In this document: piece after piece, positions 47,927-56,801 of the stretch
Layout: every line of letters starts with the position of its first letter
Position numbering within the stretch: the first letter of the stretch is position 1
Assembly (NCBI GenBank): GCA_044353325.1
Contig: JBILCF010000001.1
Location: forward strand, 5,284 to 69,283
Source: Chitinophagaceae bacterium
GTDB lineage: Bacteria; Bacteroidota; Bacteroidia; Chitinophagales; Chitinophagaceae
Reading direction: 5' to 3'
Length of the DNA stretch: 64,000 bases
The notes under the pieces: generated by a model
Database searches by the model: none
The model's input: the letters and a program-made list of their open reading frames with translations, nothing else
What the model was told of the DNA's origin: nothing
Position numbers and translations under genes: made by a program

Positions 47927-50900
47927 CTATTTTTCAATATTAATTTTTCGTACTACTGACTGACCATCAGTAAATACAACTTTTACAAAATATACCCCTG
48001 ATACTACATTGCTACAATCAAATTGTAATTTGTTATCTTGTTTAGTATGCTTTAAAGATAGTTGTTGACCTATTTGATTATACACAAATACTGAAGCTTG
48101 GTCAAGGTTTTTACCTTCAATATTAAATTGATTATTGGCAGGATTTGGATACACACTCACTTCTTTTGAATCGAACAATTCGCTATACGATAAAGGATAA
48201 TCTACGGTAAAGTTATAGATAAATGATGTTCCAAAATCACCTTCAAAACTTAACAATGGACCACCAGATGCTTGTCTAAAACGAGCAAAACCAATTCCAT
48301 CATTGTTTGCCCAAAAATCAATACCATCTTCATCTGTATCTGTTATTTTGAATTGGTAACATCCAAAACCTAATTGTAACGTATCTCGATACTGTGTATT
48401 ATTAGCAAGACCTGTTCTGGACAATACTTGATTACCGTTTTCATCCGTAATTTCATAGCTAGTTTCAGCACCGAATAAATTGGTCTTAAACCAAATAATA
48501 AAATTGGATGGAACTACATTAGTTATGTTAAACAAACTTCTGAATTTATTGTTGTGGCTATAACCATCTGTACCATTATTAGGATTTTTGATTTCAACAT
48601 TAAACACATTATTTGTAGGACCGTTTACAGCGCTCCATAAATTTTGAGAGAATGGCAATTTGACTTCTGCAGTCTCTAAAAATGCTAAATTACCTGTCCA
48701 TGTAAACACTTCCTTAATGGTATTGTTATTTACCCAATACTCGATAGTCAAAGATGTCAAGGCAGTAGATCCTGTATTTTTGATAACAACAATTGGATTA
48801 CTACAAATAGAATTAGTTCTAGCATATTCAACCTTATTGCTCGGATTTTTTACATCTATAATGGATGCATCAAGTGCAAAATTCGGATTACCATAATTGA
48901 CCAATTGATTGCTGACCCAATAATTTGAAGAGCCGCTTGCGGTATTTAAACCATAATCGATATTGACTACTGAACCTGGTGTGCCAAAAGATGTAATATC
49001 CATTTCTTTTACATCGGTAGCCATACCCGGACACCAACCTGCACGATCATATATCCAAGTTCCGCCTTGAGGATAAACAGGATTTTCACCACATTTTTTC
49101 CATACATCCCAAGAAAATTCTGGTGCACCTCCATTGACATTGATAAAATGAGTTCTAGGTATAAATTCACCTTCTTGACCATGTCCTGTAATTGCTGTTT
49201 TTATTTTATAGGCTGTAGCATTCGGATTCAACAATATATTACGTGGTTCATATTTATCATCATTCATTATTGAAGTATACGAAGGAGATTCTACCCTCCA
49301 AAGGTTATTGATATCTTTTACATCGCGAGGTGGTGTTCCTACAATAAATACAAACTTAATATCCATATCTTCTTGACGTTCGCCACCACCATTGATAAAC
49401 ATTCTCTTACCACCTTTCAAAATAGGCGCATAATCAGTCACATCAAAGGTCCATGTTTTACCACTCATACCTAAATCAAGATTGATACCATAAGGTGTTA
49501 CAAATGATACCAATTGAAATGCTGAAGGACTTCGTAAAAAATAGTTCAATTGAGTAATTGTAATCGAGCCAGTAGAAGCTATAACGACTGAATCTAAAAG
49601 TGTATTATTGTCGCCATCATAGACGTACATACTGCCAGACTGATAGTAAACATTCGTATCAAATGGTACAATATTATTATTGTTGCTTACAAAACTGTAT
49701 ACCGTATTCGAATTATTTTGAACAGAATCCATCACCACTATTGGGGTAATAGTTTGGGTATAAACACCTTGTACAAATGTCACAACTGGACGATTCGAAG
49801 TTTCTGTAAAATTTTTAAAACGGTCTTTACCTTTAAATATTCTCCAAAGTGGCGAACCGGTAGTTGTAGTAGCTGTTAAAGCTGCTGGCGATTGATCTAA
49901 AGATGTTGCGCCACTACCTTCGTTAAAGCGATAATAGGATAAAAGATTAGCATAATTTGGATGCGAAGCTGTTATTGTTTTGTGCATCCATGTTTGAATA
50001 TCTGCTGGTTGTAATTCAACATTCCAAAGACTAAATTCATCGAATTTTCCATAATATGGATTCCCCATATTTGGCGCAGCGCCCAACATAAAATCATTGA
50101 TTTGAACTGGCAAAGTAAACCCAGTGCCTGTATGCCATAGCGATCCATTTAAGTATATATTCATTATACCAGTTGTGGTATTTTTGGTAAATGTCCAATG
50201 ATTCCATTGACCTTCAAATTCAGTACTTGTAGCTAGCTTGTTGATACGATCAAAAGGACCTCCAGATCCACAATCCCAATATACATTCGCATTTGACCAA
50301 GGGAAATGAATATTAACTTGTCTGTGGTTTTGAGCGTTGGTTGCATATGCAACTGAAGTATTAGTAGGTAAAAAATCTGGATTACCATAAGCCCAAAATG
50401 CAATGCTAATTTGATTACTAAATGTATTAAAATTTGTATTACCTAAAGTCATTTGATTACTTCCTGTAAATTCAAAATTATAATCGTTTTCATTAGAAAC
50501 TAAACCTACAATTGTAGGCGTGTTTTCACTTTCAATAGTGTTGTTAGTAGCAGCGCCATTATTGCTAAAACTAAATTCAACCAATATATTATCAGTTCCG
50601 TTCCATGCGAAATTATTATAAAAATTAAATTGGTTAGTGCCCAACACAAAAGTTGTATTTAAAAAGTATACTTCTGAAAAACCTGTCATATCAGGTGAGC
50701 TTGAATTTAAAGTAGAAGCCGTAGTATGCTTCATTTTTATTTTTAAAAATTGTGCACCAGACCCTATGCTACTCAACATCATTTTTATACTTGAAATATT
50801 ACCAGCTGTAAGTCCAGCAGCTGTCAATTCAGTAGCTGTCCAAAGGAATTGTGATTTTGATGTTGTTTGTTGTGCGTTGAACGGGCTTGACGACGTTGAA

Positions 50901-51361
50901 TTAGACGTACCTACTGTAGCCATAGTTTCACTTATAGTGGCCGTATTAACAACATTGTGTTGTGTGTATTTATAATATGTAAATGTAGGTTGCGTGACAT
51001 AATTATAATTTGTACCTGAGAAGCCTGTTATAATGTGCGAAGGATGTTTCGCTTTTGTCGAATCTACTTTTGTCGAATCTACAATATACGTGTTACAAGT
51101 ATAATCCCACTCACCGCATCCAATATTGGTTTGACCTTGAATACCAGGAGAGATTAATCCATTTTTACATCTCATATTGTACATCATATATATTTTCTCA
51201 AAAGTTACACCTGGTAAATTTGGAAACTGAATAAACGTATCCCGACTGCTTGCAGTTTGAGTGTAATTAAACGTAGATGTTACAATCGTATCCCCTGCCA
51301 CTTGAGCAATGGAAGAAATATACATCGAAGCGAAAACTAAAAATAGAAAAATTCTTTTCAT
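47927..51361 (-). CDS. PNGase F-like / LamG multidomain secreted protein with T9SS C-terminal sorting domain
   Basis: 1144 aa. Signal peptide. CGEWD, FVTPYG...DVTDY...IVGTPP, TGHGQEGEF..RTH and DRAGWCPGMA match segments of Elizabethkingia PNGase F as I recall it. LamG-like segment (..GKFDEFSLWN..). CTD is VYPNPANNQFNI...GVYFVKVVFTDGQSVVRKINIEK. Confidence 0.7.
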   Translation of the reverse strand: MKRIFLFLVFASMYISSIAQVAGDTIVTSTFNYTQTASSRDTFIQFPNLPGVTFEKIYMMYNMRCKNGLISPGIQGQTNIGCGEWDYTCNTYIVDSTKVDSTKAKHPSHIITGFSGTNYNYVTQPTFTYYKYTQHNVVNTATISETMATVGTSNSTSSSPFNAQQTTSKSQFLWTATELTAAGLTAGNISSIKMMLSSIGSGAQFLKIKMKHTTASTLNSSSPDMTGFSEVYFLNTTFVLGTNQFNFYNNFAWNGTDNILVEFSFSNNGAATNNTIESENTPTIVGLVSNENDYNFEFTGSNQMTLGNTNFNTFSNQISIAFWAYGNPDFLPTNTSVAYATNAQNHRQVNIHFPWSNANVYWDCGSGGPFDRINKLATSTEFEGQWNHWTFTKNTTTGIMNIYLNGSLWHTGTGFTLPVQINDFMLGAAPNMGNPYYGKFDEFSLWNVELQPADIQTWMHKTITASHPNYANLLSYYRFNEGSGATSLDQSPAALTATTTTGSPLWRIFKGKDRFKNFTETSNRPVVTFVQGVYTQTITPIVVMDSVQNNSNTVYSFVSNNNNIVPFDTNVYYQSGSMYVYDGDNNTLLDSVVIASTGSITITQLNYFLRSPSAFQLVSFVTPYGINLDLGMSGKTWTFDVTDYAPILKGGKRMFINGGGERQEDMDIKFVFIVGTPPRDVKDINNLWRVESPSYTSIMNDDKYEPRNILLNPNATAYKIKTAITGHGQEGEFIPRTHFINVNGGAPEFSWDVWKKCGENPVYPQGGTWIYDRAGWCPGMATDVKEMDITSFGTPGSVVNIDYGLNTASGSSNYWVSNQLVNYGNPNFALDASIIDVKNPSNKVEYARTNSICSNPIVVIKNTGSTALTSLTIEYWVNNNTIKEVFTWTGNLAFLETAEVKLPFSQNLWSAVNGPTNNVFNVEIKNPNNGTDGYSHNNKFRSLFNITNVVPSNFIIWFKTNLFGAETSYEITDENGNQVLSRTGLANNTQYRDTLQLGFGCYQFKITDTDEDGIDFWANNDGIGFARFRQASGGPLLSFEGDFGTSFIYNFTVDYPLSYSELFDSKEVSVYPNPANNQFNIEGKNLDQASVFVYNQIGQQLSLKHTKQDNKLQFDCSNVVSGVYFVKVVFTDGQSVVRKINIEK

Positions 51362-51406
51362 GTTGGAAAAATTTGATCAAATCTACTTAAAATACACGCT
51401 GATATG

Positions 51407-51438
51407 AAAAAAAAAAGCCGATTCTTGCGAAATCGGCT
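51407..51438 (-). terminator. intrinsic terminator of the C1 peptidase gene
   Basis: Minus strand reads agccgatt-tcgcaag-aatcggct followed by ten T. Confidence 0.75.
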
Positions 51439-51458
51439 ATAAATAGAAAAAAAGTGTA

Positions 51459-52637
51459 TTAATTAATCTTACGTATGATGTCTGAAGGAAGTGAAGTTTT
51501 GTGAACTAAAATAGCAATTGTTTTGTACTGAAAGAAAGCCTTTGATACATAAAGGTAACCTTTGTAGTCATTGGCATCGCCCCAACTATTTTTAACCATA
51601 TAATATTCCTTACCATTTTGGTCTTTTGCAAGTCCTACAATGTGCATTCCATGATCATCGGTAGTGGTATAATTATCGAAGGCATCTTCACGATATTCTG
51701 CCGAAATTGTTCGTTCTTTTTTAGGTCCGTCAAACATCACTTTCATTTCATCTGCGCTCATGTCTTCCAATTCTTTTTCGGGCACAATGGCTACACCATT
51801 TTTCCAACTAAAATATTTTTCACTCACATCAGTAGCCCAAGCTACTGTATAGCCAGATTCTAAAGCATGATCTACAATTTCTTCCAACTCATTGAGTTTG
51901 ACATTCATGACAGTTTGTAAGCTCCAATTATCAGGCACCATCAACAAAGTTGGCTCGTAATAAGGTGCATACGTAAATGATCCAAATTCGATATAATCGT
52001 TAGCGTTTAAACCTACTACTTCATTTGCAAAGGTCATAGGTGTATACTCTTTCCCTTTATACATAAACTTTTCTGGTACTTTACCCAGATAACTGTCTAA
52101 AGCTGCAGTGAAGGCTGGCAACCAATTTTTTGTCAATTTGCCATTTTTATTTTCAACAATACCTTTCAAAAATCCTTCCAATGCGGCTTGCATTTCACCA
52201 AATTTGTTTTTGGATGTTCCATAGTTCAAACCCGTATAGGCTTCGTACGGCATTGCGCCATACTTTTTGTAAATTTGAGCTACATCATGCAATTCTGCAC
52301 CATCGCCCCAGCCTATGCTACCATGCATACGAACATAATTTCTTGCACGTTCAATGTAAGCACATCGAGCAGTATAGATTTCAGAAATATCTACAAATTC
52401 TTTACCATTACGTAGCATTTCACTTTCAAGAAATGAATTACCAGAGTAGCTCCAACAAGTACCCGAACTTCCTTGGTTTTTGACTGGAGAATCTTCTAAA
52501 TCAATGATGGTTGTAAATTGATACTTCGCCTTTGAACTATCAGACGCATTTGCCTTAAGCGAATTGACTAAATTGTCTTGCGCTTGTGTACTCAATACAA
52601 TTGAACATGTGAATAAGGATAAAATTATTTTTTTCAT
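51459..52637 (-). CDS. C1 family cysteine peptidase (aminopeptidase C / bleomycin hydrolase-like)
   Basis: 392 aa. Signal peptide. Active-site NQGSSGTCWSYS, plus downstream His and Asn regions (DHGMHIVG, VKNSWG). Confidence 0.8.
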   Translation of the reverse strand: MKKIILSLFTCSIVLSTQAQDNLVNSLKANASDSSKAKYQFTTIIDLEDSPVKNQGSSGTCWSYSGNSFLESEMLRNGKEFVDISEIYTARCAYIERARNYVRMHGSIGWGDGAELHDVAQIYKKYGAMPYEAYTGLNYGTSKNKFGEMQAALEGFLKGIVENKNGKLTKNWLPAFTAALDSYLGKVPEKFMYKGKEYTPMTFANEVVGLNANDYIEFGSFTYAPYYEPTLLMVPDNWSLQTVMNVKLNELEEIVDHALESGYTVAWATDVSEKYFSWKNGVAIVPEKELEDMSADEMKVMFDGPKKERTISAEYREDAFDNYTTTDDHGMHIVGLAKDQNGKEYYMVKNSWGDANDYKGYLYVSKAFFQYKTIAILVHKTSLPSDIIRKIN

Positions 52638-52894
52638 GGAACGAAAATAATACCAATGCTTCGTTTTGAAAAATAAAATGGATGAATGGTTGAAAAAGGG
52701 GTGATGTAAGATTGTTTTTATTGCATTTTACTGAAAAATCTTTACTACCCCATCGAATATTGAATATAAATTAGATGATCATAATCGAATGATTATTCCA
52801 AAAGCTAAAGCCTATTTTACTTTATCATTTAACAAATCTTATTTTTCTGTGAAAATCTAATTGTAAGTACAGATATTATCGAAATGTTTTTAAA

Positions 52895-55423
52895 TTAGAT
52901 CTTTGTAATCTTTTGAGTGTACTCTCTGCCAGCAATTTTGATTTTTAAAATATACATGCCCAACGGCGCATCAAATTGAATGGTTTCTTTTTGTTGAGAT
53001 GATATTTTTTTCTCATAAATTTTCTCTCCTAATAAGTTAACAATTTCCAATGCGGCAGCTTGAACAATATGGTCAAATTGAATTGAAAATGCACCATGCG
53101 AAGGATTAGGATAAACAGCAAAATTCAATGAAGACGAGTTTTCAATACCAGCGGGAAACACCAAAGGAACAAAAACCGAATCATGCATTTGACACAAGTT
53201 AGCATCCGTGATAGTAACATAATACATACCTGAAGATAAATTGGCGATAGAGTCTGAAATTGAACTATTGCTCCAGAAAAAAGTGTAAGGCGGCGTTCCA
53301 CCAGAAGCTATGCATTTTGCTGAGCCATTGCCAGTGCCATTGTCTGAGTAACCTAAAGCTGAAGAAAGAATAGAACTTGGTGATAAAATAGTTAGACTGG
53401 TATCAGTTATACAATTATTACTATCTGCAATCACAAAAGTATAAGTTCCTGTAGAACTTGAAAATGAACCAATACCATTGTAAGGCATTGTTCCACCATT
53501 TGCATTTACTTGAATAGTAGCCGAGTCGCCATTGCACAAAATAGGGTTTGTGATAGTAGCAATGCCTGAAAGTAATTGAGGTTGATTTACATTTAGTAAT
53601 GTATCTTGTACACAACCGTTAGAATCTGTAATAGAAATTAATTGTGTGCTAGCTGCAATATTAAAACTTCCAACTCCGATATAAGGCAATGTACCTCCTA
53701 TACCACTAACTTGAATACCGGCTGAATCGCCATAGCACAGAATAGGATTTGTGATAGTAGCAATGCATGAAAGTAATTGAGGTTGATTTACATTTAGTAA
53801 TGTATCTTGTACACAACCGTTAGAATCTGTAATAGAAATTAATTGTGTGCCAGCTGCAATATTAAAACTTCCAACTCCGATATAAGGCAATGTACCTCCT
53901 ATACCACTAACTTGTATATCGGCTGAATCGCCATAGCACAGAATAGGATTTGTGATAGTTGTGATGCAAGAAAGTAATGGAGGAGAATAGATATACAAGC
54001 TGTCTGTGTAAATACAACCTAAAGAATCCTGAATCGAAAAGGTATGAATTCCGGCAGCCTTATTAAATAAACCTGTCCCACTATATGGTGGTATACCTCC
54101 TAAAGCAGACAACTCAATCAATGCAGAATCACCATAACAAAGTATAGGAGTTAGAACACTATCGTGAACAACTAATGGTGTGGGTTCGTTTAGAGTAAAT
54201 GAGTTATTATTTGAACAATTATTTGAATCAGTAACAATAAAATTATATGAACCTGCTGGTAAATTATAAATTCCTATTCCTGAGTAAGGTGGTATACCTC
54301 CATTGGCATTGACTTGCAGAATTGCAGTATCGCTATTGCATAATATTGGACTTATAGTTGTAACCGTAGAATTCAAAACTTGAGGTTGGGTAATGTTAAA
54401 TGTGCCATAATTCCAATTGCAGCCATTGCTTGAGCCTATTGTCAATGTATAATAACCAGCACACAATGAATCAAACAAAGGAGTAGTTTGTGAAATTAAG
54501 TTAATATTGTTTTGACTAAGCGAAAATTGAGTAGGGTTAATATTTCCCATAATTGAATCGATGCTTATAGATCCATCACATTCTCCATTACAATCAATGT
54601 TTTCTTGACTAAAATTAGCAGGGGGATTATTTGTACCAATATAAGCTGAATAAGAAACACTATTTGATGTTGCATCAGTAGCAAATATTGTATAATAAGT
54701 ACCCTCACACAAAGCCCCACAGAAAGCCGACGGTGAGATTACGGCAGAAACAATAGGTTGTAAATTCCAATAATTGTGAGTCGGAACTATAATGTTTCCA
54801 TCACAGGAACCTATGCATGATGCATTAACAATTGTAATTTGCGTACTATAAGTTTGCGAAAAACAATTGTTATAATTTGACGACCCATAGCTTGGTTGTA
54901 TCCAAGCTAGCTCATCTATAGTAAATCCATATTCATTTGCCCATGTGTCAATTTCTTTATATTCTTTTTTCAAATCATTGATATAGCCGTAATTATTTTC
55001 TTGGTGTATTTTCTGTGCTACTTGATCAAATCCAGTTTCTTTGATTAAATATCCTACTGCACAGTATGTCCCATATATATCAATAAAATAAGGTGTTCTT
55101 TCGTGATGAAAAGTATTTTTAGGAAAGACTCCAATATTCCAATATTTATTTAAAATATCTAAACATTTTATTCTATTTTGTTTTTGAATTGCACTTAAAT
55201 TACTGGGTGTATTTCTCCTCAGTTCATCTTCTACCAATGACAAATGAAGTTTGATAAGGTCTACTTCGTTTGAAAAGTTGTAATCTTTATCTAGTGCAAC
55301 TAAATTGACATGTTCCCAATTTTGATTCAGTTCAATTAATAGTTTTTTCAAGTTAGCATTTGAAGCTGAGTGACTTAATGCATATAAAGGCATTAAAATA
55401 AATAATAGAATAATATTTTTCAT
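52895..55423 (-). CDS. SprB-type repeat surface protein with T9SS C-terminal sorting domain
   Basis: Start trimmed from TTG 55459 to ATG 55423 (MKNIILLFILMPLYALS). At least five ~67-aa repeats (ILCYGDSA.IQV...GG..PY.G.G...). CTD is VYPNPSHGAFSIQ...GMYILKIKIAGREYTQKITKI. Confidence 0.7.
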   Translation of the reverse strand: MKNIILLFILMPLYALSHSASNANLKKLLIELNQNWEHVNLVALDKDYNFSNEVDLIKLHLSLVEDELRRNTPSNLSAIQKQNRIKCLDILNKYWNIGVFPKNTFHHERTPYFIDIYGTYCAVGYLIKETGFDQVAQKIHQENNYGYINDLKKEYKEIDTWANEYGFTIDELAWIQPSYGSSNYNNCFSQTYSTQITIVNASCIGSCDGNIIVPTHNYWNLQPIVSAVISPSAFCGALCEGTYYTIFATDATSNSVSYSAYIGTNNPPANFSQENIDCNGECDGSISIDSIMGNINPTQFSLSQNNINLISQTTPLFDSLCAGYYTLTIGSSNGCNWNYGTFNITQPQVLNSTVTTISPILCNSDTAILQVNANGGIPPYSGIGIYNLPAGSYNFIVTDSNNCSNNNSFTLNEPTPLVVHDSVLTPILCYGDSALIELSALGGIPPYSGTGLFNKAAGIHTFSIQDSLGCIYTDSLYIYSPPLLSCITTITNPILCYGDSADIQVSGIGGTLPYIGVGSFNIAAGTQLISITDSNGCVQDTLLNVNQPQLLSCIATITNPILCYGDSAGIQVSGIGGTLPYIGVGSFNIAASTQLISITDSNGCVQDTLLNVNQPQLLSGIATITNPILCNGDSATIQVNANGGTMPYNGIGSFSSSTGTYTFVIADSNNCITDTSLTILSPSSILSSALGYSDNGTGNGSAKCIASGGTPPYTFFWSNSSISDSIANLSSGMYYVTITDANLCQMHDSVFVPLVFPAGIENSSSLNFAVYPNPSHGAFSIQFDHIVQAAALEIVNLLGEKIYEKKISSQQKETIQFDAPLGMYILKIKIAGREYTQKITKI
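53550..53951. repeat. two near-identical 201-bp tandem copies inside the SprB-repeat gene
   Basis: Copies at 53550-53750 and 53751-53951 differ at about four positions by eye. More diverged copies flank both sides. 201 nt equals 67 codons, so the repeat is in frame. Confidence 0.85.
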
Positions 55424-55594
55424 ACTGCTAGTATTATGATATAAATATACTATGCCCAAAAATACAACGTGTCATATCTATGTCATTTTACTTCTTTAAC
55501 ATTATAAACCAAGTAAAATTTTCAATTTTTACACTAAAACAACACTCTAATCCATTATTTATATTAAATTTGAGGATTATAATCTATTAATTAT

Positions 55595-56725
55595 ATGAAA
55601 AAAATAGAACGTAATCTTAAAATTACACTAAATAATGAATGGAATAGTGGAAAAGTACTGATTATTTTAGGTCCAAGGCAAGTTGGAAAAACAACTTTAA
55701 TTAAGGATATATGCGAGGAAAATGGGGATTTTTTATTTTTTAATGGTGATGATTACGAGGATAAAATGCTACTGACTGATACTAGCGAAAATAAATTGCG
55801 TTTACTTATTGGTAATCACAAGACAGTTTTTGTAGACGAAGCCCAAAAGATAAAAGATATTGGAACTACATTGAAAATCATACATGACAGAATTCCTGAC
55901 GTCAGAGTAATTGTAAGTGGATCGTCGGCATTAGATATAGCAAATTCGGTCAATGAACCCTTAACAGGAAGAAAATGGGAACATCAATTGTTTCCTATAT
56001 CGTGGAATGAGCTGATAAAATATCAAGGGTACAAAGAAGTTCGCAAGAATTTAAATCACCATTTGGTTTTTGGAATGTACCCAGAAGTTTTAATGAATCC
56101 ATTTAAAGCGGAAGATATTTTAAAAGAATTAGCAAACAGCTATTTGTATAAAGATATATTACAATTTGATGCTATCAGAAAACCTGAAGTGATTGATAAA
56201 TTACTTTTAGCGTTGGCTTTACAGGTTGGCGCAGAAATCAATTACAATGAATTGTCCAACTCATTGAGAATAGACCGAGTTACTGTAGAGAATTATATTT
56301 CACTATTAGAAAAAGCTTTTATTGTATTTCGATTGCATCCATTCGCTAAAAATGTACGTAATGAAATAAGTACAAACAGGAAAGTGTATTTTTATGATAA
56401 TGGGATACGAAATGCCATTTTGAGAAATTACTTGCCTTTGGAAAATAGACAAGATGTAGGAGCATTATGGGAAAATTTTCTCATTGCAGAAAAAATAAAA
56501 ATTAGATCATATCAAAAATGGAATGGTCGAAATTATTTTTGGCGTACTTATGCTCAACAAGAAATTGATTACATTGAAGAAAGCAACGGAAATCTATCAG
56601 CATATGAATTTAAATGGAACCCAAAAGCGAAAGCAAAATTTCCAAGTACGTTCATTTCAAATTACAACCCGATAGAAAAATTAATTGTGACTCCAGATAA
56701 TATGGATGAGTTTTTAAAGGAATAG
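55595..56725 (+). CDS. AAA-family ATPase with DUF4143 C-terminal domain
   Basis: 376 aa. Walker A GPRQVGKTT, Walker B VFVDEAQ, C-terminal ..YFWR....EIDYI.. typical of the AAA_14/DUF4143 (COG1373-like) family. Confidence 0.8.
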   Translation: MKKIERNLKITLNNEWNSGKVLIILGPRQVGKTTLIKDICEENGDFLFFNGDDYEDKMLLTDTSENKLRLLIGNHKTVFVDEAQKIKDIGTTLKIIHDRIPDVRVIVSGSSALDIANSVNEPLTGRKWEHQLFPISWNELIKYQGYKEVRKNLNHHLVFGMYPEVLMNPFKAEDILKELANSYLYKDILQFDAIRKPEVIDKLLLALALQVGAEINYNELSNSLRIDRVTVENYISLLEKAFIVFRLHPFAKNVRNEISTNRKVYFYDNGIRNAILRNYLPLENRQDVGALWENFLIAEKIKIRSYQKWNGRNYFWRTYAQQEIDYIEESNGNLSAYEFKWNPKAKAKFPSTFISNYNPIEKLIVTPDNMDEFLKE

Positions 56726-56801
56726 CATCAAGAATTAAATAATAAATGTTTACTTCAAGCTAAATAATTAAAAAATAAACGCTATTGTTCAAATATGAGC
56801 T

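Noticed and set aside
53400-54400. Considered a CRISPR-like or IS-derived repeat.
   Set aside because: The repeats are 201 nt, in frame and translate to SprB-type protein repeats within one long ORF.
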